Part shown: piece after piece, positions 41,066-54,497 of the stretch
Layout: each line of letters starts with the position of its first letter
Position numbering within the stretch: the stretch's first letter is position 1
Assembly (NCBI RefSeq): GCF_006345805.1
Contig: NC_043001.1
Location: forward strand, 84,940,001 to 85,004,000
Length of the DNA stretch: 64,000 bases
Source of the DNA: Octopus sinensis
Taxonomy: Eukaryota
Direction of reading: 5' to 3'
Made by a program: the position numbers and the translations under genes
Notes under the pieces: generated by a model
Seen by the model: the letters and a program-made list of their open reading frames with translations, nothing else
The model's database searches: none
Told to the model about the DNA's origin: nothing

Positions 41066-42437
41066 CTCTGTATAACTTCCTTAATGGGGATATAATACTG
41101 AAAACCATTGCGGTATTTGTCTTCAGAAATCTTCTCGTATAGTGCTAAAATACAGACGTGTCACATTATCTGAAGAAAAGCATCTAGCACCGATGGTGAA
41201 ATTGCTAAATCATGATTCCTGTGTCTTTGCACATTAACATTTTCAAATAACCACTATAAATCGCATGCTTAGACAAAATGTGTGTATGTATAAGAAAAGT
41301 TAATTAAGCGCTGGCGGCAGGTAAACACAAATGACAACAACCCAAACAATGTCACCATAAACTTTCAGTAGTTGTTGACACAATGACAGGATAATTTCGC
41401 CGCATTAACCAAGCGCACTTCTGCCAATGTGTATAGTTTACCATGAAGAATATGTTGAACTGTCCTCATATAGTACAATATTTCAGATTAATTATCAACG
41501 ATTTAGCACCGAGAAAAATTTGAAGTATTTAACGCAAATAAATGAATCTGTAGCAGTTAACTTGACTAGTTCTTCACAATTAAAGAATAGTTTTCGGGTG
41601 TTGAAGAACAGAGTTCAGATATTGAAGAGCAGTTTTTGGGTGTCTATTATGCATGACGTATTTGCTGCATTCTCCGAAATGACCGTAACTTACGATGTTC
41701 ATATTCAATTTGCTGAAATGGCCATAATATACAATGTGCAATTTGACTTGAAACTATTAAATCAAAATCAATTGCTGTAAAGTTACATGAGGAAACTTTT
41801 AATGGTTCATTTGAGATTTCAGTCAGCTGATTGAATTAATATTAAGTAATCTTGTAACTTTTAATGTCGCATAGCAATCAGCTACTTGAGAGACAGAAAT
41901 AGAAGCACAAATTTGATAATCTGATAACTGTTTCAAGCACTGATTCGAAAATAGTTTCAACAGTTTTATTCCTCTCAGAAAATTGTACTACACTTTAGAA
42001 CAATTCTGTTCTTACTAGTTTCAAGATTAGCAGGTGTAGAGTCTTTCAAGAAAAGACAAGTATTTTTGCCGTATATCTAATCTAATCTGCAACACTCAAG
42101 CGGATGATTTCAAAAATTACGTGAAACGGAAAAATAACTTGGATCTATGAAATTATTTAATTTTCATATAATCTAAATTATTCAGTTTCCGCTAAGTCCA
42201 TAATATAAAATTTGTAGTTACTCTACAAATTTTATATTTGTCATGTAACGCATATATTGTGGAAAGTTTATAAGGGTAAGACATATCGAATACAGTTTGC
42301 CTGCTAGAGATGGCAACTATCCGTCCTTACTCACAATATATGAACAAAGAAGCGATCTTGCAACAAGCTAAAGTAGCTGGCTTAAAATCTCTAAAATAAA
42401 TTCACATAGTAACAGTACTAAATAATTTAAATAAATA

Positions 42438-42515
<78 letters not shown>

Positions 42516-42800
42516 CGCCATGATTGACCACTAACTCCAAAAGTTATATTATCTCTCTGTTTATTTCCTCGGAGCTTAAAAGTCTTTCTCACGCGCCCGA
42601 GCGTCAAACTAATACACTTGTTTGTTGTTTATACACCTGTTTTCATCTTTTGTTTATCTGTAAATTTCAACTATATATACAGGTAAAAACAAAATAATAT
42701 GTGCGTGGGTTACATAAATAATATTTTCAGGATAAAATAAAAAGACAACATATAAAAATACTTCCCTTTTTTTGTCTTTTTATTTAATCCCGAAAATATT

Positions 42801-42868
<68 letters not shown>

Positions 42869-42961
42869 TAGAATAAGAAAATAGAAAGGCCTTGGTAGGT
42901 GGTTTTAAAATCTCTGAAAGAGATTCACATGGTAACGGTACTAAACATTGTATGTATATAT

Positions 42962-43016
<55 letters not shown>

Positions 43017-44260
43017 GTGTGCGCGTGTGTGTATATGTTGGTCAATAATTAATGAGTACGAGCTTACATAAATTAAATATTCAGAATTAAATAAAAACAC
43101 AAGAATCGGAAATATCTCCACATTGGTTGTCCTTTTATTTAATCCTGAAAATATCTTACACACACACACACACACACACACATTATTAAATATATATATA
43201 TTATCTATATAAAAGGCAGTTTGTCTGTCTGTGTGTCTGTCTGTGTTTCTGTCAGGTTGTACCCTCACCCTGACCACGGCTTTCAACCGATTCTGATGAA
43301 AACTGACACACACAACGCCCAATGTCATAATTGAAAACTAACGCAGCGAAAATTTTGAAAAGTTTCCCCAGTTCTGAAAAAAATTGATAAATTCGACATG
43401 GGGTCAAGAATCTAAGCTTTTCATATGCAACACATTTTCTGTTGTAGTTTTCGCAACGTGCAATCGATTTTCACCAAACTCATGGTGAAGCTTAATGTTA
43501 CCCCAAGAAACTTAATTCTGTCCTTAGTTTTCCATGCAATACATTACCATCAGAAAAAAAATCGATAAAATCATGCAATTTTGGGAAATCGCGTTCAAAT
43601 TCAAGATGACATATTTTCGACAATATCTTTAACAAATTGGCAGGAATTTTTTTTTCAAATTCACAGCGAGCATCATGTCTGCTCCAAGGAGCTATATGGC
43701 CCTTTTTATTCCAACAGGATACTTTATTACTGGAAAAAAAACGGTTAATTAAATCATATGTGGCACACATAGCAAACCGATTTGTGTATTAAACACAAAC
43801 CACAGACTGTCTAGGGGACGCAACTCGACCTTCTCTCTTGCTCCCCCAAATTACTATCAAACATCTATCGATAATTCAACCCACAGGAGGAAATCTAGAC
43901 TTAATCTTCAAGGTATCCCACATACACACCAAAAATTACAACGAAACCTCCAGACTAACCTAAGTTTTGGTGAACCAATTTCTACCAGGAAATTACATTC
44001 GAGACTTTACCCCCAACACCGCCACTTCAAGCAGTCAACGAGACAAAACATAACCAGACAACATAACCTTGGCATAGGAACGTCGTATACACAGAAGTAT
44101 TCGAGTGAAGAGAAGACATTGCAACCTACACATGCGCCTTCCTTCCCTAGAGGAAAAGGACTAGATCGGGATTAGTCGGTGCCTACTAGGAGCTCTTACA
44201 TACCCGAGCAACGCCGGCTATGCTGCTAGTATATATATATATATATATGCATGTATTAAA

Positions 44261-44314
<54 letters not shown>

Positions 44315-45653
44315 GAATAAAATATAAAATGACCTTGGTACTGTATATATTTGAGCAAATGAATAGAAATGGCATTTCTGTTAATTTTTTCCAGTTTAAT
44401 AATTAGATGTTTTTAAGACACCTCTAACTTACAAACATCTAATTTATTAAAGCGAAAAAAATTATCTGCCAAGCCATTTCTATATATTTTTTCAAATATA
44501 TAACACTGTACCAAATATATTTACTGTACTTACTGCTTGTACTTGTGCACATATATATATGTATGTATTTATTTAAGTATTATGTATATACGTATCTATG
44601 TGTGTGTATGTGTGTGTAGGTATGCATATAGGTCATTCACTATTGTTTTTAAAGATCGTTATTGACTCCCTGTTACCCAAAATATTTGCAACAATTTGCA
44701 ACCATCTTGCATATCTATTGATTTGCGTAATTAAGGAACAAAATGCAAAAAAATAGAACAGAGATATGCAACAAAATATTTAGGGACCATGTTCATACCG
44801 GGTTGAAGGTATAGGATATAAATGGGTCAATGTGGATTGAATAAAGAAAATATCTACACGTAGCCAGTTTGGAAGAATAGACATCATTTTACAATATTTT
44901 ATGTATATATTCGGGTCTTTTGCCTAGAATAAAAAAAGGAATATTTTATGTAAATAAGTGTAGGCATGCCTGTGTGGCTAGGGAGTTAACTACCTAACCA
45001 TGTGCTCTTGCGTTCTGTCCTACTGTGTGGTTTCTTTGGGTAGTGCCTTCTACTATAATTACAGACGAAGCAATTGGGAAACGGAAACGGAAACTGAAAA
45101 GAAACCAATCGCATATATATATACATGTAGTTTTTGTATGCTAGGCTACTGGGTTTAAATTGATATTAATTAAATTAATATTAAATTTATCTCCCTCATT
45201 ATTTAAATATTAAAATAAATATGTTCTCTAATAGGCGGCATTAACTGCAGTAAATTATTTACTCCAGACTTTCCCTTCCGAAATTTTAGCGCGCCAGAAG
45301 TAAGACATTTGAAAGTATCCCTAATGTAATCAGTATAACTAAGCACGTGTCTGTTTTGGTACGGAAAGCTGGTGGTTAGTTTTACAAATTACATTACCTG
45401 TGGAACGATCGCACTGACGAGTCTACTGACAATTGGATTATATAAGTAATTCGTTTGTTAATAGACGAAACCGCCGGTCTGTGAGTAATTCTGTTTTTTT
45501 ATATAATTTTCATCTGCCTTGCCCGCCTAATTGTTCTGGTGTCCGCTGAATTTTCCTCTAGAGAACACTCTTTTCTTTGTAGTTTGATCGTAGGTGATCT
45601 ATTCTAGCATGCGGCCGACTACCTAGTAGTCTTGCCCTTTGAATATACACATG

Positions 45654-45701
<48 letters not shown>

Positions 45702-45860
45702 CTATATATATATATATATATTTCGGTGCGAATGGTTTTGTTAAGCGGTGTCAAGTTTCAAGTTTTACAATTCTGTAAATAATAAATTCATGTGCTGTTT
45801 GAAAATCATTTAAAAGATTCTGGGGGTACATTCAACTAAAAGTTTCTCTAAATTTCTCGA

Positions 45861-45904
<44 letters not shown>

Positions 45905-45937
45905 TGTGTGTATGTGTGTGTGTGTGTGTGTTTGTGT

Positions 45938-45988
<51 letters not shown>

Positions 45989-46890
45989 TCAGACAGGGGA
46001 AACAACGTATCTATCAGCCGAAATTCATATCCATTAAAGATCTTAAATACGACTATTTCGCTTCTATGATTCTGTCAATTTATTCATTCCATTTTCTTAT
46101 GCACAAAAATTTCATTTCTACAATCGAACTAAGTGGATGAGTTCTTTCCGAACTGATCTAATTTGAGGGATTCCTACGCAGTAATGCCAATGCTACAGAA
46201 AATCGTGTTTGTAACTCAGTTTTGAAAGCACGAGAAAAAAAAAAACTAGAACAAGGTTGATGCAAAAAGCGGAATGAGAAGACAGTCCTTTGTCCTCTCA
46301 TTTCACTTTTTGCATCTCCCCTCTCATTTTTCTTCTTCTTCTTGAAAGGGGTTTCTCATGTGTGTGCGCCCTGTTTTTCAAATAGAAGAAACCTTATGCG
46401 CAGAAACCAAGGATTGCTTGGAGACACAATACACATGATAAAAGATTGCCTAACCACGGGTCTAGATGGCACGGAAATATTAGGAGCTCTTCTTCTAAAG
46501 CAATATACCTTGAATGATATTTATCATTCACTGGATGGAGCAGTTGTTCACCCTATCATAAAGGAACAGTAAACAACACACACACATGCACACACACACA
46601 CACACACAGAGAATAAGAGAGAGATAGAGAGAGATAAAGGATAAAATCCCTCTTCGGTCACGAATGACCGTGGGATTGCACCTAGAATGTTACCCTCCGA
46701 GGCACAAATCCGGGAAAGGTTGTTTATGGAAGGCCAGCAGTCGTCCATGCATACCAGCCTCCCCACTTTTCTTTTTCATCCCCCAAGTAACCCTAGGTTC
46801 AATAAGATTCTCTGCGCTGAATTGCATATGCGCTGAATTACCGCTGAATTACCGGCGCGGAATTGTTACGTGCTGAAGTGTCATGCCACG

Positions 46891-46938
<48 letters not shown>

Positions 46939-48280
46939 ACACACGCACACACACACACACGAAGACACACACTCACACACATGTATATGTATATATGTGT
47001 GTGTGTGTTTGTGATGCTTATGTAGGTCCACCACTTCCTCTTGATAATCGGTGTTGGTTCGTTTACACCCACGCAAACTAGCAGTTCGACAAAAAGAAAA
47101 AGTGCTATGGAATAAGTACCACGTTTAAATATACATACTGGAAGCGATTCGTGTGAATAAATCAATCAATGCTGTCCAATGACTGAAAGAAGAAAAGCTT
47201 AAACCATATTAAAAACAAGTAATTCCCAAATTAAAGATACATACGAGAGTATACTGAAAAAGTTCCTCGCTTTGGGTAAAAGAAACTAGAGGAAGATCAG
47301 TTAATTATGATTTAATTCAACATAATTACCTCTCAGATTGACACATTTATTCCAGCAGGCCTTCAGTTTTCCAAGGCCCTGGAAAAGAATTCCGAAGGTT
47401 GGGCCTCCAACCAGGCTTTTTGCGATAAACTTAAAACCAGAAACTTTTAACCATCCCCTCGTATTATTGATTGTTATCACCGAATGCCACAGCATAACGC
47501 CGGAAAGAGTCGGAAGTAGTTCTTGGAGAATTTCTATGATTTCACCATTCCCGTTTCTGGCGTCCTAATCAGCCTGATGTTAATCCTACGTATTATTATG
47601 TGTGGGGCGAGTTTGAGGGAAACATCAACCGCTGTGCATGAAACACCAAAAGCCGAACTGGTAGCCAAAATCAAGCGGCTGCTTGGAGAACCTCTCGGGG
47701 AGACACTGAGAAACGCATGCACCGGGTTCCAGAGTTGGTGGAAAACTAAACGCAGCTACTTTGAGTAAATTGTTATCTCGCAGCCACAATCTGGTTGATA
47801 GTTTTGGGTTATTTAAAAATACATTTATATTTAGCTGGATAATTGTGTTTCTTTCCGTTTATGTCAACTGTCAAGTTTAGCCCGAACGCCCTGTAGAGCT
47901 ATTGCTATTAAACTGGAAATGGTTATGTTTCTAGCATAGATAGGTTAACTTTATATGTTTATTGTATTGAAATAGATAGAATCAAGAGTAAATGACTTCA
48001 TATTTTCACACTTTCTCTTCCTCATCTTCTCTCACATCGTGTGTATATGCGTGTGACAATATTTACATTTATATGCACATACACACACAAGCACACACAC
48101 ACACACATATGTATACACATATACATACACAGAAAGAGTAAGAGAGAGAGAGAGAGATAGACAGATATATATATGTATATAGTTTTAAATCCATACAAGA
48201 GAAGGAACTGAACGTTTTTCATATATATATATATAATATATATATATATACATACATACATACATACATATATATATATA

Positions 48281-48331
<51 letters not shown>

Positions 48332-48358
48332 GGTATATATATATATATAGGTATATAT

Positions 48359-48389
<31 letters not shown>

Positions 48390-48422
48390 CATGCATACAT
48401 ACAGAAATAGTGAACGAGAGAC

Positions 48423-48467
<45 letters not shown>

Positions 48468-49080
48468 ATCATTTTTAAAAAAATCCAAACAAGGGAAGGA
48501 ATTGAATAGTAACACTCGAGAGGGGAGGGAATGAGTGAGATTGACTTACATGAATACGGAAAAGATAAAAAGCAAAAACGTGTGAGATAAACCATACATC
48601 CACTTATATTACCAAGCTACTGTGTCCTTTCCTTCGTCGTATTGTCTCTTTATTCATGTCTTCCTGTAAATAAATACAATATATTTTCTATCATATCACC
48701 ACACAGAAATTACTTTATATTTCTGACTGGTATTCGCTTCATACGTTTAATACATGATTATTATTATCCTGTGTATTTGACCTGGAGCATAATCGATACA
48801 ATATAACTTTATGAAATGTTTAGTTGTCCTTTGTTCATCTTATTTCAATTCCTATCACATTTGTCTGCGGCAACGTTCTTATATTGAAATTTCAGGGATG
48901 CCCGGTGGTATGATGCCAATGTTAGAGTTCGACAATAAGACGCAGTACATACAAAGCATGGCTATCACCAGGTACTTGTCAAGGGAATTTGGTAAATATA
49001 CCCTATATTATTGATTTTGTTGTTGGTGTTTTTATTGATGTTATTATTGTCTTTGTTGCTATTATTATTATTATTATTAC

Positions 49081-49112
<32 letters not shown>

Positions 49113-49181
49113 GTAGTAGTACTAGTAGTAGTAGTAGTAGTAGTAATAGAAGTAGTAGTAGTAGCAACACTAGTATTAGTA

Positions 49182-49222
<41 letters not shown>

Positions 49223-50931
49223 ATGGTGGTGGTGGTGGTGGTGGTAAAGCGGTGAGTTAGCAGAAACGTTAACAACCGGACAAAATGTTTAGGGATTTTT
49301 TGTCCGCCTTTATGTTCTGAGTTCAAACTCCATCGCGGTTGACTTCGCCCTTCATCCTTCGGAGTCGATACAATAAGTACCAGGAGAGTTGTAATCAACT
49401 TACCCCCTCCACCGAGGTTTCTGGCCTTGTGCTAAATTTGAAACTATTATTATTTGTATTACTATTATTTTGTCATCATCGACAAAATATCAACAGATTC
49501 TCAACTTGATATTTAGAAACAAACATAATTGTTATTGCGATTAATTTTTTTATTCAGAGATTTAGCAATTATTTTTTAAAAACATATTTCTCGTGGACGT
49601 GTGGTAAGTAGCTTGCTTACCAACCATATGGTTCCGAGTTCAGTCCCACTGCGTGGCACCTTGGGCAAGTGTGTTTTGCTGTAGCCTCGTGCCGACCAAA
49701 GCCTTGTTAGTCGATTTGGTAGACGGAAACTGAAAGAGGCCCGTCGTATACATATGTATATATGTATGTGTGTGTGTATGTATATGTGTTTGTGTGTTTT
49801 TGTTTGTCCCCCCGAACATCGCTTGACAACCGATGCTGGTATGTTTACGTCCCCGTAACTTAGGGGTTCGGGAACAGAGACTAATAGAATAAGTACTAGC
49901 CTTACAAAGAATAAGCCCTGGACTCGATTTGCTCGACTAAAGGCGGTGCTCCAGCATGACCACAGTCAATTGACTGAAACAAGTAAAAGAGTATTTGCCA
50001 AAGAACTAAGCACAATCTCATTGTAGTTTAATCGATTACGTGATGCATTATTGATTACGTGATGGATTATTGATTTTAATCTCCTCTCTTTTCTAAAGAT
50101 TAATATCTGATTACAATACGTACAGATTACTAATTAGATTGGTGTGTAATTAAAGTTAACTAAAATGTGATAAGAGAAATAACTCAGCATGTTCAGTTAC
50201 ATATATATATATGAATAACGTAGAAAGAATACAGTTGTAAAAATTACAATGCTATTTAGATATTTGATATATTCAATATATCTACGTCTTAGAGAAATGG
50301 TAATGAAGAATAGCTCCACTGGAGTAGGTGCACCAATCTCCAATCTCGAGAATGAAGTTCTCTCCAAAGTTAACACGACATTGAGCTAAAGGATAGGATT
50401 ATTACCTACCTCAATAAACGTCTTCAATAGCATGTCATCAATCGCTATGAGAGTTAGAATCACACTAAAAGAGTAAAACACATATGATCAAGTTAAACGA
50501 AAATGAGCTAAGAGAAATAACTTAGATAGGTCAGTGACATGTATATGAACTACAGGCAAATACAGGTATATCAAATACTATACAACATATATTCTTCATT
50601 CATTCAAAATATTGCCGTCTTTTGAGAATGTATCAGTATTACAAAATTGCAACTGAGACCGAGTTTACTTGAGAAGGGAAGGTAATCTCAAAATTCAAGA
50701 ATCCTCAAAAGTTGATATGGCTATGAAGGGAAGGAACAGGTTTGTTATCTGTAAGCAAATTAATTTGAAAAATGATATTATTCTAATTATCTATATTTCA
50801 GAGGCTTCACTTGTACTCTTCAAAATATCAGTAATTTGTATTCTGTAACTATTCTGGTACATACATACATACATACTTACATGCATAATCCCGAGGACAA
50901 AGAAATAAGAACCCATAGAAGCCATAGTCAG

Positions 50932-50983
<52 letters not shown>

Positions 50984-51614
50984 ATACAGGCACGCCCAGA
51001 TAAAAGGCAAACACATGCACAGTTAACGATACCCACCTTCGAATGGAGGAAATACCTGGGATAGTAGAGTTACTGAGGAGGTCACAAGTGTGTGCCGAAA
51101 GATTTCCAGTCAATGGAAATAAGATAAAATAAGACCCAAAAATAAAAGACTGATGAACGAATATATAGTGCGTGTGTTTATTTGGCAAAAAACAAAAGTG
51201 AGCATAACGATTTAACAATATCTGTTTAAACACAGAATTTCATATGGGGAAACTTGCAAAACAAATTCATAAACGTATATATATATATATAAATAAGAGT
51301 ATGTGTGTGTGTGTACGTATGAATGTATGCATGTATGTATCATCCCAAAGGACTTGAGAAACCTGCATGGGGTGAATGTGTTTTCAAAATGAAACTAGAT
51401 CTCTTACTGTCGAGTTTCCCAGATGAATCAACTTCACAACAGGAAGTGCAAATAAATGCAGAGTCGTCACACTCTCTCATGCACCACATATGAAGTTCTA
51501 AGAAGAATTTGTGAAGTAAAAGTTATGTAGCAACACCAAATGGCGGTGCCTCCAGCATGGCCAAAGCTCGTAAGCTGAAACTAGTTCAATTCAATTCATT
51601 TCAATTCATATGAA

Positions 51615-51653
<39 letters not shown>

Positions 51654-53125
51654 GTACATTTTAAAAGCTCGAACTAAGATGCAGTTACCATCGGTAACTG
51701 TACATTATCAGGAACATTAACTGCTGTGCACTTCTCTATTAATCTCCTGGAGTATATGCTTAAAGGTCAGAACATCAACGTTTGTAGTGATAAACTATCT
51801 CAACTATCTTTAGAATCTATATTTTACATTTTCTAACTGTTTGTTTCAGGTTTCCATGGCAACACAAATATGGAGATGACTAGAGTTGAGTTTATTTCAG
51901 ATTGTTTCAACGAAATTATGGACGATTACATGAGGATGTATCAAGACAGTTCTGGTGCAATTGTGGTAATTATTTTATAGATTTTATTATTGTTTACAAA
52001 AGTGATTATTTTTTTTAACTTACGAGAGAAACCAAGCTGAATATTTATTCATAATTGCAATTTTTCAAAATAATATTCGATACGATACATTATATCTCTG
52101 TGCGCGTAGCTTTTAATGAGTAAAATAATAATTTGCTGTATACCAAAACATATTATCTCCTTCCAAGGTATATTCGAGATGTTAATTTGTTTCTCTTTAG
52201 TGCATGGTTTATTAGAGAAAATTAGATTTATAGGTGCACGCTGATGAAGGACGGATATATTGCATAATGTATTTAGTGATTATACCCGAATTAAAAGTGA
52301 CAAGTGGACAAATTGTTGATACAAATCTGGCAATTCAGTGCCGACTTGGAATCTAACAATAATAACTAGTTATTATAAATGCAAAGTCTAGGGATAAGAA
52401 GTATTACATACAACATGTGCTATGTGAAGATAAATAATTATATGAGGTAATGTATGGCTACGTGTTTCACGTGTGATTGTGCATAGTCTGGTGGATTAGA
52501 GCTTTGTACCCACGATTCCTGGACCGAGTGGTGCGTTTGTTCTTGAGCAACACAATCCACCTCACGTTGCTCTGCGATCATTTCGACATCTGACATCATT
52601 ATAAGCGAATTAGAACAGACTAGTCTAGCTGCGTTTGTATTATATGAATAGCTATAAACAACTACTCACTCTACAGTAAGGAAAGTGAGGGAAATTAGAG
52701 GTCTTGGAAATGCATCAAAAAGCGATTAAAACGCCAAAGCTAGTCACCAGGAGCTTCTTCTGACCGAAATGAGCACAAAAATAAAAATGTCCTACTCACG
52801 CTATCTACTTTTCTTGGCGAGACTAAGAATGTTATCTTTACTAATAGGAACACATAAGTTTATGTTATATCTCTCGATAAATACTTCATTCACCATCTAT
52901 TACACATAGATATACTAAATATACTTGATATACATATCACCATGTAAGATTTTAGACATTTTTTATAAAAGATTTATAGGCGTAGACGTGGCTGTGGTAA
53001 GTAGCTTTCTTACGAATCACACGGTTCCGAGTTCAGTCCCACTACGTGGTACCTCGGGCAAGTGTTTTCTACTATAAGTATTGTGAGTGAATTTGGTAGA
53101 AGGAAACTGAAAGAAGCCCGTCGTG

Positions 53126-53163
<38 letters not shown>

Positions 53164-53171
53164 TATGTATG

Positions 53172-53241
<70 letters not shown>

Positions 53242-54434
53242 ATATATGTGTATAAGTTTATGTGTCTGTGTTTCTCACCCCAACATCGCTTCACAACCGA
53301 TGCTGGTGTGTTTACGTACCCGTAAGAAAAGAAACCAATAGAATAAGTACTAGGCTTACTAAAGGCGGTGCTCCAGCATGGCCACAGTCAAATTACTGAA
53401 ACAAGTAAAAGTGTAAAGAGTAATCGTTGGATATACGTTAACCGAAGCCCTTTAAATACTCATTGTACAGTCTTTGAAAATAAAAGGCACTTTAGATAAT
53501 TTAGTCCAAGATATATAATTTTTGGACGAAATTACAGGAAGTTCAAAGCGCATATGTCATTCACATGCACCTCTGGGATTAAAACTGACTTAACTGTACC
53601 AACATTGCGCGTCTGCATACTAGTTCGAGCTTTTAAGATATTAACCAAATCTTGCCCAAAGCACATGGCAAGGTCTGAGAAAAATATCAAGGACAGACTC
53701 CATCTAAACCATATATTTTGAGATAGACTGTCTCTGAAGACAAATCAGTAGAATTATGGTATGATCATGTTAAAGACTTTGTACGTATGTGCACTTGGTA
53801 AGTAGTGACTAAATACTGAGTATAAAATATGGTGTTAATCTTAAAGTGGGTGCTAACGTAGATAGTGAAATGGGGCAATGAGTTTTAAGTAAAAAAAAAA
53901 TTACAATATTAGCGATGAGAAATAATTTATTATCATGATATTGATCATGTCCATGAAAAGCACCAAAACAACCACGGAATTTGAAATATACATAAAAATG
54001 ATATGACGTTCGTTAAGTCTCTGTTTGTTATTAAAATGATTTCTTTTTCTTTCATTGATTTCAGTTTAAGAAAGATTCTGATCCAAATGTTGCGGTAAGT
54101 TCTTATATCACATATTGGGAGCCCTCCTCCCCTCCTATTCAAATGTTATACGCGCGCACGCGCGCTGACCCACACATTCATGATCAGTTGTAACATCTGT
54201 TGCTTAACGCCTCTAAAAAAGAATGGTGTAGTAAACGTATGGATTGTAGTGAGGAATTGTTATTCAAGAGGCGTAGGAGTGGCTGTGTGGTAAGTAGCTA
54301 GCTTACCAACCACATGGTTCCGGGTTCAGTCCCACTGCGTGGCACCTTGGGCAAGTGTCTTCTACTGTAGCCTCGGGCTGACCATAGCCTTGTGAGTGGA
54401 TTTGGTAGACGGAAACTGAAAGAGGCCCGTCGCA

Positions 54435-54497
<63 letters not shown>

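Noticed and set aside
41165-41216. Hammerhead-like CUGAAGA...GAAAUU-GCUA-AAUC with plausible stems I and III
   Set aside because: Stem II is broken at its base (A-U followed by an AAG/G internal loop) and the other stems are AU-only, so a chance match is plausible.
41427-41780. 117-aa ORF in intron 1
   Set aside because: No recognisable motif, no splice support, and composition consistent with AT-rich non-coding or decayed repeat DNA.
52241-52300. CTGATGAAGG...TATACCCGAA in intron 3
   Set aside because: Lacks GAAA plus stem III and a UH triplet; at most a decayed PLE tail.
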